A stretch of 64,000 nt of DNA from Eukaryota sp. TZLM1-RC (lineage: Eukaryota > Protista > Metamonada: BaSk clade): NCBI GenBank assembly GCA_040285825.1, contig JAUPSS010000004.1, positions 5,113,784-5,177,783 of the forward strand. The letters run 5' to 3'. A program made the position numbers and the translations under genes. The notes beneath the pieces were generated by a model, which ran no database searches, was not told where the DNA came from, and was given only the letters and a program-made list of their open reading frames with translations. This document shows positions 12,054-22,829 of this stretch, piece after piece. Every line of letters begins with the position of its first letter. Positions within the stretch are counted from its first letter, which is position 1.

Positions 12054-12589
12054 GGGTTAATTGGAGTTTGGGATTTCTGTGAAACTCCTTGGTCACCAAA
12101 CAAAACCATTTTCCTATTGGCCAAAACCATTTTTCTATTGAATTTATGTGAGTGTCGCCCTACAGATTCTCTCCATAAAACCGTTGAGATAAACATAATC
12201 AAGATTGGAAAAATATGGGGATATTGATTTGTTGTTTTGACACCAATAAATTGTATAGTCTACACTAAATGAAGTGAAGTATGCTGATCTCAAATTCAAT
12301 TTACCACTATTGATACATTAGCACGGCTTTTTATTGAATGAGAGGAGCTCTGGCAAGAAAGCAGGCCGATCAGTATTTCAAACGGAAGTCTTTTATGAAT
12401 GAATTTCGTCCCATTAGTTCGGGTCTTAGTTCGGGGTCTATGGTCTATGGGAGCTATGGTTATATTGAAATTTTCAAAAGCTATTGATGTTCAAGAAAAT
12501 AATGTTGGGTTAAATACCAAAAATCTGAATGAAGATCAAGTTGTTTCAAATGCTTCTTGAATTAATACTTTTTGCACATTAAATTGCTT

Positions 12590-12700
12590 CTCCTGGAGGG
12601 AACAATATCAATGGCACTGAGGCTATTGCACTTGCTCAATCAATAAAAACCAATTCTTCAAAGCAGAACCTAATCTTGGATAGAACTAAAACTCAACTAA
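12590..12700 (+). pseudogene. Remnant of an RNI-like leucine-rich repeat gene
   Basis: Short frame GGNNINGTEAIALAQSIKTNSS resembles one RNI-type LRR unit; no long ORF. Confidence 0.3.
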
Positions 12701-13799
12701 ACCAATGGTTGTGAATTAAAAACAAAACACCAAAAAAATTGCGATGATGTTGTGACCAATTAATGTTGATTGCAATGACAAATGTTCTTATAAGTATTTA
12801 GTAATGGCACAGACTCCTGTATCATTGATGATATACCATCAAAGATGAGTTTTTTAATATGAATACATTCTTACCAAACAGTGATTGTTACGACTTGATC
12901 TTCGTTGAGATTTTTCTTATTTAACTTAGCTTTACTTTCTTCACTATCAATAGTGTTGTGGCAATTGGTCTATTATACTTTATAAATACTATGGGTCATT
13001 TTAGCCCATAATACTGGTGACATACAATTCATCTGATCAATTATTTGTGAATAATTCCCCAATTTTCAGCCATAAAACCGATCCCTTTGACATAATGGTG
13101 TAGTGCACATCTTGGACACTCAGTGGTAGTCTTGTTGATTGATTAATACCGAACAAGTAAGTGATGTTCTGCTTGTGCCAAATTGGGTCAAATTGGGATG
13201 AATTCTGAAGAACATGGTATCAAAAGACCTAAATCTGTGAATATAAGACGTTTGAGAGAAAGAACAAAATATTTGAAATGGTGGTATGAAGCAGCTGAAA
13301 GACATTGCAGTTCAAAATTATGAAGAAGAAAAGTCAACTGTAGACGCAAATTCAATTCCTTGGGGACTAAGTCGATGCTCAAGATACAAAATTTGGTGGG
13401 ATAGGCATTTTAATACAGTCATCAATTTTCTGGAAATCATGAAGGCTAAGTTGCGTTAGAATGATAGACCTATAGTAGTGCGTAGAGATAATAGGGACTA
13501 GCATTTGAATAAAAATAAAAATATGAAAAACAAATAATATTGCTGATAATGCAACATTTCACCAATGGAATTTGTTGAAGATACATCCAAAAGAAAACGT
13601 CCCTCTACTGCTTTACAAACCGATGGTATAACTGCAGAAATCACGCTGCTCCACTCAACTGAACGTATACTTGAGGAAATTTACACTTCGTATAGAATTG
13701 TTTTCAGTGATCTAGCATCTGTTCAACATCAAGATCTGGGTAAAGTAAAAATTCGTAAATCCAAATTTTTTTCTTTAATTTTTTTCAACGCTAACAAAA

Positions 13800-14670
13800 C
13801 ATAAAAAAACTAGAACTCAATATCCTCAATACACGCATCAACATCATGAAATCTCTTAAGCTTGCGATTTTCATACTCTAGTCCTAATTGTAATGGTCAG
13901 CATTTCCGGAATTGCATTAAACATGAAAACAATTCTATTGTGCCAAAAATTGAAGTCCAATTCTTTTCCTGCTCCTTCTTTTATTAAACTTCTGAAACCT
14001 TCGAGAAATTTAATGCCAGATATTCCAATGTTACCAAAAAGAGAAACAGCAAATGGCACCAGCTGATCTTTTACATTCTCATAACGTCCAAACTGAGATA
14101 AGGGTTTGTTGTACTTTTTGATTTTCCTCCTTTCAGCAAAGCGAAACGGAGTTTCATCTTTTTTAGCAAAATCAATTGCTGAGTCTTTACAAACATCAAC
14201 AGTGACAACATCAACAACTTTGATCACACCATCAGACCCAGTTGTGATTAAATCAGCACGGCGTTTCCCAAAAGTATTTTTATCTTCATTTTCAGGTGAA
14301 AACTTACGCACAAGTGGTTCAACAATAGCTTCAATGTGGTAGCTTTTGCACATAGCATATAGTTGGTCTTTAACAGCATCGTGAACAACTGAGCGATATG
14401 TAATATTAAATTTGCAACCAAATGAATGATTCAGATCGATAAGCTGACCACAACGACAAATCAAATCATTTGGCACACTGCACGGCCACAGAAAACACCT
14501 CATTCTTAAGGCAGTTGTCCATTGATGGTCATTTAACAATAGACCGTAAACATTTGGAATTTGGGAAATGAGACAACTTGAGCTACTTTCCTTAAGATCA
14601 ATTAAAAAGTTAGCAAAAAAGGGTCCTTAGCCAAGCTAAGACGTACATTAAAATCCAAGTTTTCTAAATC
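13800..14670 (-). mobile_element. Family B non-LTR 3' fragment (zinc finger + RLE)
   Basis: WTTALRMRCFLWP, CRC...H...C, HDAVKDQLY, RRADL, VVDV, KIKKY; frameshifted. Confidence 0.85.
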
Positions 14671-14902
14671 CAAAAATACACATGATTTGACTGCAATAGA
14701 GGTCCCACAACACGAAAATGTCATCAAAGAAAAGCCAAACGAACCAGATAATTTGATGGACCTGATTTTTGCCGAGATGAAATAGTTTAACTTGGTGTTC
14801 AAGTGATGCAAATAGATAATTACCATGAGCTTGTATTACAATCATCACAGTTCTTTCTCTTTTCATCCAAGAGTATTCTGTTCTCATACAATTTGAATCA
14901 TC

Positions 14903-15937
14903 ATGACTGTAGATCTCCATAATGTCTTATCACTCAATGCCCCATCTCTCAACATTGACACAAGCTACGATGTTATTGATGTTCACACTACAGGTATGAT
15001 CTGCAAATGTGTCATCCTGAAGGATTTCAAGGCCACCAATTGGAAGGACGCCATTGCTCTCCTTTCATCGAATTACGACGAACTTCGAAAGTCACTGGTG
15101 TATGAACCACGGTCAGGTTCAGGTGCATTTGGTGCTTTCCTATTTCCATCTCTCACAGCGGACTGTCAGTACTCCATTCTGTATTTCGATCGTCGTCAGT
15201 ACCTTAAAATGTGTGGCCACGCATCTATTTGTAGTATAGTTGCTGCTCAATTGTCGGGTTTTGTTTCTCTCCATGATGGTTTGAATGACATTCCCGTCTC
15301 TACTCCTGCTGGTGTAATCCATCTACACACCACGTTCAATGCAACAGAAAGAAAGGTTGAGTCTGTACAATTGGAAAATGTCTTTTCATTTGTTCACACT
15401 CCAAACGTGTCTTGCACCCTGGATGACATTGACTTCACCATTGATGTGGCATTTGGTGGCAATTTCTTTGCTTTGGTCGATGTCACTGATATTACTGATG
15501 TTTGTACCACAAACTGCAAGTTCTTCACCAACTATGGTCCTAGGATTCGCACTTTCATCAACAACTGTCTCAATGTCCAACACCCTGCTGACCCCAGTAT
15601 TAGTGGAGTTCCCTTGGTTTTGTTTTATAATAGGAATTCACTGAAAAATTGTATCATCTTTGGTAATAGTTCTGTTGATAGATCTCCTTGTGGCTCTGGG
15701 ACCTCTGCTTGGTCTTCCTTACTCTATGAAAAAGGAATAGTTGAAACTAAGCCATTTAGAGCATTTTCAATTATTGATTCTTACTTTGATTGTGAAGTAA
15801 GACCGGTCACTATGAATGGAATTGATGGTATTATTCCGAAACTGACAGCCACTCCTTATCTTATGGGGATAGGCAAGGTTGTACTGCAAAAGGATGATCC
15901 TTTCCTTGCACTAGAGGTAGAGGAAGAAGGGTTTTAA
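14903..15937 (+). CDS. Proline racemase / hydroxyproline-2-epimerase family enzyme
   Basis: Both catalytic-Cys motifs are present (MCGH and DRSPCGSGT), plus YEPR and DVAFGGNFFALVD; intronless, 344 aa. Confidence 0.9.
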   Translation: MTVDLHNVLSLNAPSLNIDTSYDVIDVHTTGMICKCVILKDFKATNWKDAIALLSSNYDELRKSLVYEPRSGSGAFGAFLFPSLTADCQYSILYFDRRQYLKMCGHASICSIVAAQLSGFVSLHDGLNDIPVSTPAGVIHLHTTFNATERKVESVQLENVFSFVHTPNVSCTLDDIDFTIDVAFGGNFFALVDVTDITDVCTTNCKFFTNYGPRIRTFINNCLNVQHPADPSISGVPLVLFYNRNSLKNCIIFGNSSVDRSPCGSGTSAWSSLLYEKGIVETKPFRAFSIIDSYFDCEVRPVTMNGIDGIIPKLTATPYLMGIGKVVLQKDDPFLALEVEEEGF

Positions 15938-17653
15938 GTGTTGTTTATATAGTGCTTGTAAATTTTTGTTACCAGCTTTAGTTTGTGTAGTTTTAAAGGT
16001 GTATTAACGCTCTTAATAATCTGACAAAACAAAGAACACATTGATTTAAACTAATGGCTACCATGCTGCTCGTTTTTGATCTTTATTTTGACCACTTTTA
16101 GTGTTTGTATTGAATTATAAACTCTCTTCTCTCGCTCCTTTAAGGCTATAGGTAACAATACTCAAAAAGAGGAACTACAATTGTGAACTTCAACATAAAT
16201 TTCATATTAAAAAACAATTGTGAGAAGATATAACTTGTTCTCAATGTTAAAATCACTGCAGTTAAAGAAATGATTGTGCTAGCTCAAATGTGGTAGTAAA
16301 TTTGATTATTACTCGTTTTGCTATTACTAACATTCCAATAGGTGGTAGACTTCACTTATTCATGGAAGTTTTAAAAAGTTTGTTATCCAGAAATAATGAG
16401 CAACAAAAGACTGTAACTGATTGGCTGACTATAACACAACAATTTTCAACTCACGCCAATTACCTCAACACAAAGGACTTAAAAAAAGGACTAGACATTT
16501 GACATGAATTGTTCTAGATAGGGCTTTACAATTTAGGCACATAACAATAATAAAAATCAGCCAGAATTCGTTAACACGGACTGAAAAAGAATAACGGTGT
16601 CACACAACTTGAAATAAATACATTCAATAATTCCCCAGTTTTACAAATACAAAATAGTATATTTAAAATGTAATGGATAGTTTAATTGTTTAAACAGCAT
16701 TGTATTTGATTTGGTGAACTTTCAACAATGTTGAATATAAAAGTAATAATAATAGTATTGGTTTAGACCAAACTCATCAAAGATCAATGGATAGATACGT
16801 GGTGAATTTTGAGAATCTAACAAATTTTCAAAAAGAATTTTAGAAATAGTTCGAAAAAATGAAAAGTAAATATTTTTGGAAAAAATCAATCATGTAGGAA
16901 AAGACAAATTGCCTGGAAATATCAATAACATTTAAATCATTTGGAAATCGCAACAGTAGCCAAATCTCTGGAGATACCACTAAAAGAGAAATCAGAATGG
17001 CTTTATTAGAATATTTAAATAATCAAATAACCTCACTTCGAACAATACAAATGGCTTATCTTACAACAACTGATGCTCGAAATCACCATGGTAACTGAGC
17101 ATACGGAAAAACGATTGGTAGAAGAACGATTGGTCATGTTCTACCTGAAAACCTAACAGATGTTGTATAGAGCGACGTGAGTAGGTGTAAAACAGAGGAG
17201 GTGTTTAGGAGAGATAAATGGCGTGCAGAAGGGAAATTTCCTTGGTTGTTGACATTGATACTTTATCTTCAGTGAACAGATTAGGTTCTGAATTCTGGAA
17301 GCAAAGTCAGTTTGTTGGGATGTTTGTTTATGAAAATCGGTAGATGTGAGTTGTTGAGAAGTGAAACTGTATATTCAATCCATAGCAACGGCCATAATAC
17401 GTTGCATTTACAGAAGTATGGAATTCAAGGATGTAGAAAGGAGGTTAATGAGACATGAAAGAAACTTTATAGACTCTTCATCCCTCTTAAAAGTTGCTTA
17501 AAGTTTGTTTCTATGGAAGTTTTTGGAAGTAATTGCAAAATAGTCTCTCTACCAAGAAAGTCTGAGACAGACACATAATGTGAATCATAGAGTACTATGT
17601 GATCCATTCTCCAATAGGTTTTGGAGCAAATTTTTTGTGGACATTTTCTCTCA

Positions 17654-20600
17654 ATGTCTAGGGACAAATCAGTCACTGATCTTTTGACCCCTTTGTCTGT
17701 AGCACCTACATGTGCCCTATTCCACATAGAAGGAAGTGAGCATTGTACAGAGGTGGGTAAGGAGTTTGATCTTCATCACCACATCTCATCCTGCTTCTAT
17801 GGGCCAATCCCAAAACTTCTCAATGTTGTTGAAGAACTACCATCCAACACAATGTTCATCTCCCCGGTTTACTACCATGCGTCGTCTGTTACCTACAATA
17901 AGAGGAACATATCAGACATTGATGATTATCAGCTTCTTGTCACTGGCATAGTTGATGGACAGCGGTCTCCTCTCAACACAGTGATTAGTGAAGTCGTTGA
18001 GGAACTTGGTTTTGAAGTAACACCTGATATGATTACTTCACATGGTGAGGCTCTCTCTGCCAGAAAAAAAAGAGGTAGAGCAGAGCTAGTTACAGTACAT
18101 TACTATAGTGTTTGTCTCAACCCAACAGCTGAAAGAACTGGCTCCATCAATGAGAGTGTTTCTCAACTATCACCCATATCCAACTCTCATTCATCGTATC
18201 CAGCGGTAGTTTCAATCTTTGTTTATGTTTCTAATAGTTCTTCTGAGCAACTCAACCAAATCTTACAACGTAGACAACGTCAGAGACGCCCAAATCATCC
18301 TGAAAATAAACACGATTGTGGACATCGTGTCATGGTCATGAATAAGGAAATGTTGGGCCAGTTTATGAATAATCCAGCTTTTTTGCAACAGTCCATTAAA
18401 AACCAGCAGTTGTATGACACCGCTTTGAAGTGTAGTACTGAATCAGAAGCAGTGGAGCTGTTGACCCCTTTGTCTGTAGCACCTACATGTGCCCTATTCC
18501 AAATAGAAGGAAGTGACCATTGCACAGAGGTGGATCAGGAGTTTGATCTTCATAACCACATCTCATCCTGCTTCTATGGGCCAATCCCCAAACTTCATAG
18601 TATTGTTGATGAACTACCATCCAACGCAATGTTCATCTCCCCGGTTTACTACCATGCGTCTTCTGTAAAATACAATAAGCGGAACATATCAGACATTGAT
18701 GATTATCAGCTTCTTGTCACTGGCAAAGTTGATGGACAGCGGTCTCCTCTCAACGCAGTGATTAGTGAAGTCGTTGAGGAACTTGGTTTTGAAGTAACAC
18801 CTGATATGATTACTTCACATGGTGAGACTCTCTCTGCCAGAAAAAAAAGAGGTAGAGCAGAGCTAATTACCGTACATTACTATAGTGTTTGTCTCAACCC
18901 AACAGCTGAAAGAACTGGCTCTATCAATGAGAGTGTTTCTCAACTATCACCCATATCCAACTCTCATTCATCGTATCCAGCGGTAGTTTCAATCTTTGTT
19001 TATGTTTCTACTAGTTCTTCAGAGCAACTCAACCAAATCTTACAACGTAGACAACGTCAGAAACGCCCAAATCATCCTGAAAATAAACACGATTGTGGAC
19101 ATCGTGTCATGGTCATGAATAAGGAAATGTTGGGCCAGTTTATGAATAATCCAGCTTTTTTGCAACTGTCCATTAAAAACCAGCAGTTGTATGAAACCGC
19201 TTTGAAGTGTAGTACTGAATCAGAAGCAGTGGAGCTGTTGACCCCTTTGTCTGTAGCACCTACATGTGCCCTATTCCACATAGAAGGAAGTGACCATTGC
19301 ACAGAGGTGGATCAGGAGTTTGATCTTCATAACCACATCTCATCCTGCTTCTATGGGCCAATCCCCAAACTTCATAGTATTGTTGATGAACTACCATCCA
19401 ACGCAATGTTCATCTCCCCGGTTTACTACCATGCGTCTTCTGTAAAATACAATAAGCGGAACATATCAGACATTGATGATTATCAGCTTCTTGTCACTGG
19501 CAAAGTTGATGGACAGCGGTCTCCTCTCAACGCAGTGATTAGTGAAGTCGTTGAGGAACTTGGTTTTGAAGTAACACCTGATATGATTACTTCACATGGT
19601 GAGACTCTCTCTGCCAGAAAAAAAAGAGGTAGAGCAGAGCTAATTACCGTACATTACTATAGTGTTTGTCTCAACCCAACAGCTGAAAGAACTGGCTCTA
19701 TCAATGAGAGTGTTTCTCAACTATCACCCATATCCAACTCTCATTCATCGTATCCAGCGGTACTTTCAATCTTTGTTTATGTTTCTACTAGTTCTTCAGA
19801 GCAACTCAACCAAATCTTACAACGTAGACAACGTCAGAAACGCCCAAATCATCCTGAAAATAAACACGATTGTGGACATCGTGTCATGGTCATGAATAAG
19901 GAAATGTTGGGCCAGTTTATGAATAATCCAGCTTTTTTGCAACTGTCCATTAAAAACCAGCAGTTGTATGAAACCGCTTTGAAGTGTAGTACTGAATCAG
20001 AAGCAGTGGAGCTGTTGACCCCTTTGTCTGTAGCACCTACATGTGCCCTATTCCACATAGAAGGAAGTGACCATTGCACAGAGGTGGATCAGGAGTTTGA
20101 TCTTCATAACCACATCTCATCCTGCTTCTATGGGCCAATCCCCAAACTTCATAGTATTGTTGATGAACTACCATCCAACGCAATGTTCATCTCCCCGGTT
20201 TACTACCATGCGTCTTCTGTAAAATACAATAAGCGGAACATATCAGACATTGATGATTATCAGCTTCTTGTCACTGGCAAAGTTGATGGACAGCGGTCTC
20301 CTCTCAACACAGTGATTAGTGAAGTCGTTGAGGAACTTGGTTTTGAAGTAACACCTGATATGATTACTTCACATGGTGAGACTCTCTCTGCCAGAAAAAA
20401 AAGAGGTAGAGCAGAGCTAATTACCGTACATTACTATAGTGTTTGTCTCAACCCAACAGCTGAAAGAACTGGCTCTATCAATGAGAGTGTTTCTCAACTA
20501 ACACCCATATCCAACTCTCATTCATCGTATCCAGCGGTAGTTTCAATCTTTGTTTATGTTTCTACTAGTTCTTCAGAGCAACTCAACCAAATCTTACAAC

Positions 20601-20842
20601 GTAGACAACGTCAGAGACGCCCAAATCATCCTGAAAATAAACACGAATGTGGACATCGTGTCATGGTCATGAATAAGGAAATGTTGGGCCAGTTTATGAA
20701 TAATGCAGCTTTTTTGCAACAGTCCATTAAAAACCAGCAGTTGTATGACACCGCTATGGAACAAACACTCTCAAATAGAGGTAATCGAAGGACAAGAGGC
20801 AATAGGGGTAGAAGGTTTAGTTCAGGTAGAGGTAGAGTTTAG
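17654..20842 (+). CDS. Protein of four tandem ~259-aa Nudix-like domains with an RG-rich C-terminal tail
   Basis: Each unit has G(K/I)VDGQRSPLN(A/T)VISEVVEELGF, matching Nudix-box spacing GX5EX7REUXEEXGU with E>R and R>S. First ATG is at 17654. Confidence 0.7.
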   Translation: MSRDKSVTDLLTPLSVAPTCALFHIEGSEHCTEVGKEFDLHHHISSCFYGPIPKLLNVVEELPSNTMFISPVYYHASSVTYNKRNISDIDDYQLLVTGIVDGQRSPLNTVISEVVEELGFEVTPDMITSHGEALSARKKRGRAELVTVHYYSVCLNPTAERTGSINESVSQLSPISNSHSSYPAVVSIFVYVSNSSSEQLNQILQRRQRQRRPNHPENKHDCGHRVMVMNKEMLGQFMNNPAFLQQSIKNQQLYDTALKCSTESEAVELLTPLSVAPTCALFQIEGSDHCTEVDQEFDLHNHISSCFYGPIPKLHSIVDELPSNAMFISPVYYHASSVKYNKRNISDIDDYQLLVTGKVDGQRSPLNAVISEVVEELGFEVTPDMITSHGETLSARKKRGRAELITVHYYSVCLNPTAERTGSINESVSQLSPISNSHSSYPAVVSIFVYVSTSSSEQLNQILQRRQRQKRPNHPENKHDCGHRVMVMNKEMLGQFMNNPAFLQLSIKNQQLYETALKCSTESEAVELLTPLSVAPTCALFHIEGSDHCTEVDQEFDLHNHISSCFYGPIPKLHSIVDELPSNAMFISPVYYHASSVKYNKRNISDIDDYQLLVTGKVDGQRSPLNAVISEVVEELGFEVTPDMITSHGETLSARKKRGRAELITVHYYSVCLNPTAERTGSINESVSQLSPISNSHSSYPAVLSIFVYVSTSSSEQLNQILQRRQRQKRPNHPENKHDCGHRVMVMNKEMLGQFMNNPAFLQLSIKNQQLYETALKCSTESEAVELLTPLSVAPTCALFHIEGSDHCTEVDQEFDLHNHISSCFYGPIPKLHSIVDELPSNAMFISPVYYHASSVKYNKRNISDIDDYQLLVTGKVDGQRSPLNTVISEVVEELGFEVTPDMITSHGETLSARKKRGRAELITVHYYSVCLNPTAERTGSINESVSQLTPISNSHSSYPAVVSIFVYVSTSSSEQLNQILQRRQRQRRPNHPENKHECGHRVMVMNKEMLGQFMNNAAFLQQSIKNQQLYDTAMEQTLSNRGNRRTRGNRGRRFSSGRGRV
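17684..20757 (+). repeat. Near-identical 777-bp tandem repeat, ~4 copies
   Basis: TTGACCCCTTTGTCTGTAGC recurs at ~17684, 18461, 19238 and 20015. Confidence 0.97.
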
Positions 20843-21078
20843 TTCAGATTGATATTGAGTTCTTTGTAAAATTAGGTAATCAGGATATTGAATTTCTAAA
20901 TTATTTTAATTTAATTAATGTATAAGTCATCACCAAACTAGCTAAAATCCCACCTTGCAGTTATCTAAATAAGCAATCAAATCAATTGCAACTTTTCCTT
21001 ATACTGTACGAGCTTGAATAGAGCAAAAAATATCTACATTGACATTTTAATTGAGACTCTGGGGCTTAAATAAAATAA

Positions 21079-22147
21079 TGTTGTTGTTGAACTTCAATTG
21101 ATTTAGTACGTTTCTTTGTATTTCGACTGATGACGTGATACTCGTTTACTAATCAGTTTTGCCTATCAACTTAGATTGCTCTTTTTCCTTTGTGTTTCAT
21201 CTGCCTAGCAGCATCAATAGTTATTGGCCCTTATTATTTCAGATGACTGTTCCCTCTGTCAACCTCCCGTGTCTTTCTTCTATGAAAGCTGCAGATGTTC
21301 TTCTATTTCTACAAGAGTGGAAGATAAATTCTTCTGTGACTCCTAAGAAAGCGCTTATTCCAGCAAGGCTCTTGGTCGATTTTTTCTGTTAGAGTTCCTG
21401 TCTCTACAGAAATCAGACGTCTCTTCCAGTGACGATGTTCTTCTTACACATCTACAATCTGTCGTATCGTTCGCCACGTACGAAGATCTTAGGCTGGCTA
21501 TGTCAGAACTGAAGCTTGATGTTCGTATTGGCGACGTTCGAGAATGTATGTTCTATTAACTGCGACGTTTCCTCCCGGTAAAGAGTAGGGATTCCGGACT
21601 GAAGTTACCAAACACAGCTTTCTGAATCGATTTGTCAGAGGAATTCTTCACGTGGGTCTTAAACGTTCTCTTTCAGCGGAAATTCGAGATGATGTATTCC
21701 CTGATCTTCATTCCCTTGTCGAAACCACTACTGTCGAGCTGTTGGACTGTTCTAGGGTGGTTTCGTGGACTCGTGTTTACAGAACCCCAATTAGTGAAAT
21801 GAAACGTGCGGCTGGCACTAAGACGAGGTCTTCTTGGCGCTCTCAAAATTTAATAAATCAATCTTCAAGTTCCACAGGCCTTTGCACATCTCCCGCGATT
21901 GTCCAACTGAAATCAAACATGATGTGAATTATGTGTGTCATACCAACGATACACCGAAGAATTTGACAAAACCCATTCTTCCCTCTATTGAAACAGTATT
22001 GTATTTCTCCTCAGAAAAATGGGAAAAAGTAGTGTTGTTGTTGAATTTAAATTGATTTAGCAGGTTTGTTTGTATTTCGACTATTGACTTGATACTCGTT
22101 TATGAATCATTATAAATAAACTTAAATTTGTCTCTCTTTCGTGTGTT
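21079..22147 (+). mobile_element. Internally deleted, non-autonomous (TRIM-like) LTR element with gag remnant
   Basis: Direct ~140-bp repeats starting TGTTGTTGTTGAA at 21079 and 22033. A purine tract AGAAAAATGGGAAAAAGTAG lies just before the second. The internal frame is a decayed gag-like sequence with HISRDCP. Confidence 0.7.
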
Positions 22148-22829
22148 AGGCACAAATAAATCAACTTTTTGTCATTCTCTTATTCTAGTTCAAAGTTAAT
22201 TATTGGTCCCAATTAAGGCAAATTTTACCACATACACAACTCCAGCAACAACCAGCATGACACGCAAATCAACAGGTATTAGATGTCAGACATCTTATGA
22301 AAAAAAACCTCTTGCCACCAATTGCCCACATTCCACTAACATCATGCAGCAGGATGAAAAGCATAACGAGGTAACAGACCCGGGCACGCTCCTCAATCTT
22401 GGTAACAGCTTCAGTTGTAGGCATGGACCTGGTGTTCTCCTTTGGCCCTCATTCAGTCAGATGATTGCCAAATGATGTTCCTTATGTTTCCTATCGAAGC
22501 GATGAAAAAGGTGTTATGACTCGCAGAGTTCTGCAAAAATATTTTGCTTGTATAGAAATAAGCGTTTGGGACAGAAAGCAACAAACAAACAGCATTGTTG
22601 GTGACAATGCTCCATAGCAAAATTAATTCCTTAATAAATTCTCTATGTGGTTTATTGATTATTGATGGTCTTGATTGTATAATTTGTAGCTTTCTTTCAA
22701 TGTTGAACCAAAAAAATGCTGGCGTTTGAATTGTAACTTTACCTTCAGAACACTATTCAATTTTGTCTTAAAAGGAAGACGATTTTTTAATTTCCATTAA
22801 TTTCTATAAAATATACAACAAACATTGAT

